Of a stretch of 64,000 nucleotides of DNA, positions 61,818-64,000 are shown in pieces; positions within the stretch are counted from its first letter, which is position 1; the number at the start of each line of letters is the position of its first letter. This DNA is from Elusimicrobiota bacterium. GTDB lineage: Bacteria > Elusimicrobiota > UBA8919. Where the stretch lies: positions 89,758-153,757 of the forward strand of contig JBFLWK010000001.1 in assembly GCA_040757695.1 (NCBI GenBank). Reading direction: 5' to 3'. The notes beneath the pieces were generated by a model. That model did not search any database, was not told the DNA's origin, and worked only from the letters and a program-made list of their open reading frames with translations. Position numbers and translations under genes: made by a program.

Positions 61818-62570
61818 TCATTTTTTTTCATTTTGTAATTCCTTTAATTTCAAAAATGATATAAACTCATTATACGAATCCATAACTGCCACTATCAATC
61901 CAACAAAACCATCTAAAAAACCAAATTTTAATATAAAACTTCTGAAAAATTTTAATTTCGAAAACGATATGATGAACAGAATGCTGTGTTTTTTGTTTTG
62001 TTTGAACATATATTCTGCTTTTCTTGATGTATAAAAATCAGATTTCTTCAACATATCAGAAATGTTTTGATATGGATAGTGTAGTATCGCTGATTTTAGT
62101 TTTGCAATTTTGCTGTCAATATAAATTCTTTCGTGAACATGCTCGCAAGGAAATTTCGCAAAACCTTTTTTAAATAGCCTTAATTGGTAATCTGGATATT
62201 TACCACCAAATTTTAAAAATCTACCAAAATAAAAATTCTTTCTCGGAATAAAATAACCGCTGATGACTGATGACCGATGACTGATAACTGATAAAATCTC
62301 ATTTCTTAATTCATCGGTAATTATTTCATCCGGATCAAGATATAAAATCCAATCACCATTGCACTGTTCAATCCCGAATTGCTTATTGACATTAAGATTC
62401 GGATTGTTTTCTTTGTAAAATATTTTTGTTGTATATTTCTTGACAATTTCAACAGTTTTATCCGTGGAAGCACAATCTACAAAAATTAACTCGTCTGCCC
62501 ATTTTATACTTTCGAGACATTGTCCGATGTTTTTTTCCTCATTATGCCCTATAATTGAAATAGATATCAT
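61818..62570 (-). CDS. Family 2 glycosyltransferase (LPS-core KdtX/WaaE-like)
   Basis: ISISIIGHNEEKNI...LIFVDCASTDKT...YLDPDE. Confidence 0.7.
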   Translation of the reverse strand: MISISIIGHNEEKNIGQCLESIKWADELIFVDCASTDKTVEIVKKYTTKIFYKENNPNLNVNKQFGIEQCNGDWILYLDPDEIITDELRNEILSVISHRSSVISGYFIPRKNFYFGRFLKFGGKYPDYQLRLFKKGFAKFPCEHVHERIYIDSKIAKLKSAILHYPYQNISDMLKKSDFYTSRKAEYMFKQNKKHSILFIISFSKLKFFRSFILKFGFLDGFVGLIVAVMDSYNEFISFLKLKELQNEKK

Positions 62571-63625
62571 AATAACCCAAAATAAATCTTTTCCGTTTTT
62601 TCAACCATTTTTTCTTTTGAGAAATTTTTTGATTTGATTTTACTGTTTTGTGAAAACTTTTGTTGTAAATTTTTTTCTGTTAAAATTTTTATCGTTTTTT
62701 CAGCAAGCAGTTCTGGATTTCTCGGTGGCACAAGAAAACCATTCACGCCGTCAGCCACCAATTCGCCTACTCCACCGACATTTGTAGCAACCACAGGCAC
62801 GCATGAAGCCATCGCATCAATTACTGATGTACAAAGTCCTTCTAGATATGATGATAAAACAAAGACATTAAAAATTGACAGAAGTTGCGGTACATCGTTT
62901 CTAAAACCCGTAAAAATTACCGAATCGAATATTTTAAGTTTTTCCGCAATCCGTATCAAAGCATTTTTCAATTTTCCTTCTCCGACAACTAAAAATTTTG
63001 TATTTGGCAGTTTTTCTTTAATAATAGCAGCCGCCTGCAAAAAATTTTTATGGTCCTTATGCGGGGCGAGCGAAGCGATAATACCGACGATATTATTATT
63101 TTTGTCAATTTCAAGTTCCTTGAAAAGATAATCGCTGCTGATATTTTCAAAACGGGAAAGGTCAACACCCGAATAAACAACGGATATTTCGGCATCGGGG
63201 ATACCGTCTTCCACCAAAACCTTTTTCACGCCTTCAGATATCGCTATTATCCTGTCAACATTTTTATATTTCCATAAACTTTTTATGTGGAAATCAACAC
63301 GGCGGGAAGAAACCAGTTTGGGTTTATGTTTCAAAATTTTTGAAGCCAGAAGCCCAATTGTATGAGCATGCGCTGAATGTAAATGAACTATGTCCGGTTT
63401 TATTTTATCTATAATTTTTGCTGTTCTATAAATCGTAAAAGGATCAAATTCAAAAAACATTTTTATAGAAAAGAAGTTTTTTTGTAATTTTGCCAGCAAT
63501 GCACTCCGGGGTTGACATAAAACAAAATTTTTATGTCCTTTTTTTTCGAGCTCCTCTAAAAGCCATAAAAGTTGCTGTTGCCCGCCACGCCATGTTTTTT
63601 CAAAATCAATGTGTAAGATTATCAT
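62567..63625 (-). CDS. Family 4 (GT-B) glycosyltransferase
   Basis: C-terminal EGLCTSVIDAMASCVPVVATNVGGVGELV, the GT4 EX7E-type motif. Confidence 0.75.
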   Translation of the reverse strand: MIILHIDFEKTWRGGQQQLLWLLEELEKKGHKNFVLCQPRSALLAKLQKNFFSIKMFFEFDPFTIYRTAKIIDKIKPDIVHLHSAHAHTIGLLASKILKHKPKLVSSRRVDFHIKSLWKYKNVDRIIAISEGVKKVLVEDGIPDAEISVVYSGVDLSRFENISSDYLFKELEIDKNNNIVGIIASLAPHKDHKNFLQAAAIIKEKLPNTKFLVVGEGKLKNALIRIAEKLKIFDSVIFTGFRNDVPQLLSIFNVFVLSSYLEGLCTSVIDAMASCVPVVATNVGGVGELVADGVNGFLVPPRNPELLAEKTIKILTEKNLQQKFSQNSKIKSKNFSKEKMVEKTEKIYFGLL

Positions 63626-64000
63626 AAATCTTTTCTAAATGATATGTCTGTTTTATTATATCATAATTTTTTTCAATATGTTCTCTGCCTTTTAAGCCTA
63701 ATTGATACCAACTATCAGGATTCAAAACTAAAAATTTTAATTTCTCAGCCAATGATTCAACATCCTGTTCAGGTACTAAATATCCATTATGGCCGTCTAA
63801 AATAACTTCCGGTATATCGCAATGCGTTGTTGAAACTACCGGCATACCTGATGCTGAAGCCTCTATAATGGATACGGGAACACCGCCTTCCGTTTCACCA
63901 TCAGAAGGAGTAATGCTTGGGGAAAGAAAAATATGATTCCTATAAATTTCTTTTAAGAAAAAAGAATAGGGCTTGTAACCCAACAGATCAATACTATTTT
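63606..64000 (-). CDS. Second GT4 glycosyltransferase, 3' portion only; the gene continues past the window end (no stop upstream within the window)
   Basis: ETEGGVPVSIIEASASGMPVVSTTHCDIPEVILDGHNGYLVP, a GT4 C-terminal domain; the reading frame stays open to position 64000. Confidence 0.6.
   Translation of the reverse strand, partial: NSIDLLGYKPYSFFLKEIYRNHIFLSPSITPSDGETEGGVPVSIIEASASGMPVVSTTHCDIPEVILDGHNGYLVPEQDVESLAEKLKFLVLNPDSWYQLGLKGREHIEKNYDIIKQTYHLEKIYDNLTH

Noticed and set aside
701-63277. All plus-strand ORFs in the six-frame track (60-194 aa, for example 3258..3629, 15584..15988, 32307..32891, 39955..40416, 62634..63131)
   Set aside because: Every one lies antisense within a minus-strand gene that has clear family motifs. 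Their composition is low-complexity or biased, with no recognisable domains. They are shadow ORFs.

Overview
This is a low-GC (roughly one-third G+C), very gene-dense 64 kb window in which every credible gene is on the minus strand; the plus-strand ORFs in the track are short and lie antisense inside minus-strand genes, so I treat them as spurious. I found no rRNA, tRNA, CRISPR array, transposase or integrase. The gene content looks like a diderm (LPS-making) anaerobe. Its modules, left to right, are: (1) a radical-SAM/glycosyltransferase locus at 1–7514, with three rSAM enzymes (two with SPASM), a B12-rSAM fused to a DPM1-like GT2, a second GT2, a SAM methyltransferase, and the 5' part of a TMTC/PMT-like GT-C+TPR protein running off the window start; (2) lysA-dapF; (3) a TPR protein, patatin lipase, TolC-like OMP, argG-argH, a RelE/ParE toxin-antitoxin pair, and a PHP protein; (4) tsaE – YfhO-like – tsaB – rimI, then three ArnT/PMT-like GT-C paralogs and thiL; (5) an OmpA protein, then a corrinoid iron-sulfur protein module (acsC, an 890-aa coiled-coil protein, a RACo-like activator, acsD) with a DPD-like flavin/Fe-S oxidoreductase and an FAD oxidoreductase; (6) LPS/Kdo/heptose genes (lptC, lptA, kdsC, kdsA, kdsB, heptose kinase, WaaL-like::GmhB fusion, lpxK, GT2, GT4 ×2) interrupted by a complete MoxR–DUF58–DUF4381–BatABCDE operon. 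Non-coding signals worth attention are: 7- and 8-nt tandem repeats sitting exactly in the signal-peptide codons of at least eight secreted/OM protein genes (three genes carry a near-identical 6×GGTAAAA cassette), which makes them phase-variation candidates; Cheo-box-like CGAACATTTGTTCG palindromes in tandem pairs; a perfect 22-nt palindrome present three times; a dispersed ~50-nt double-hairpin repeat family with compensatory substitutions; and two large inverted-repeat elements. All coordinates come from reading the sequence and may be off by one or two bases.
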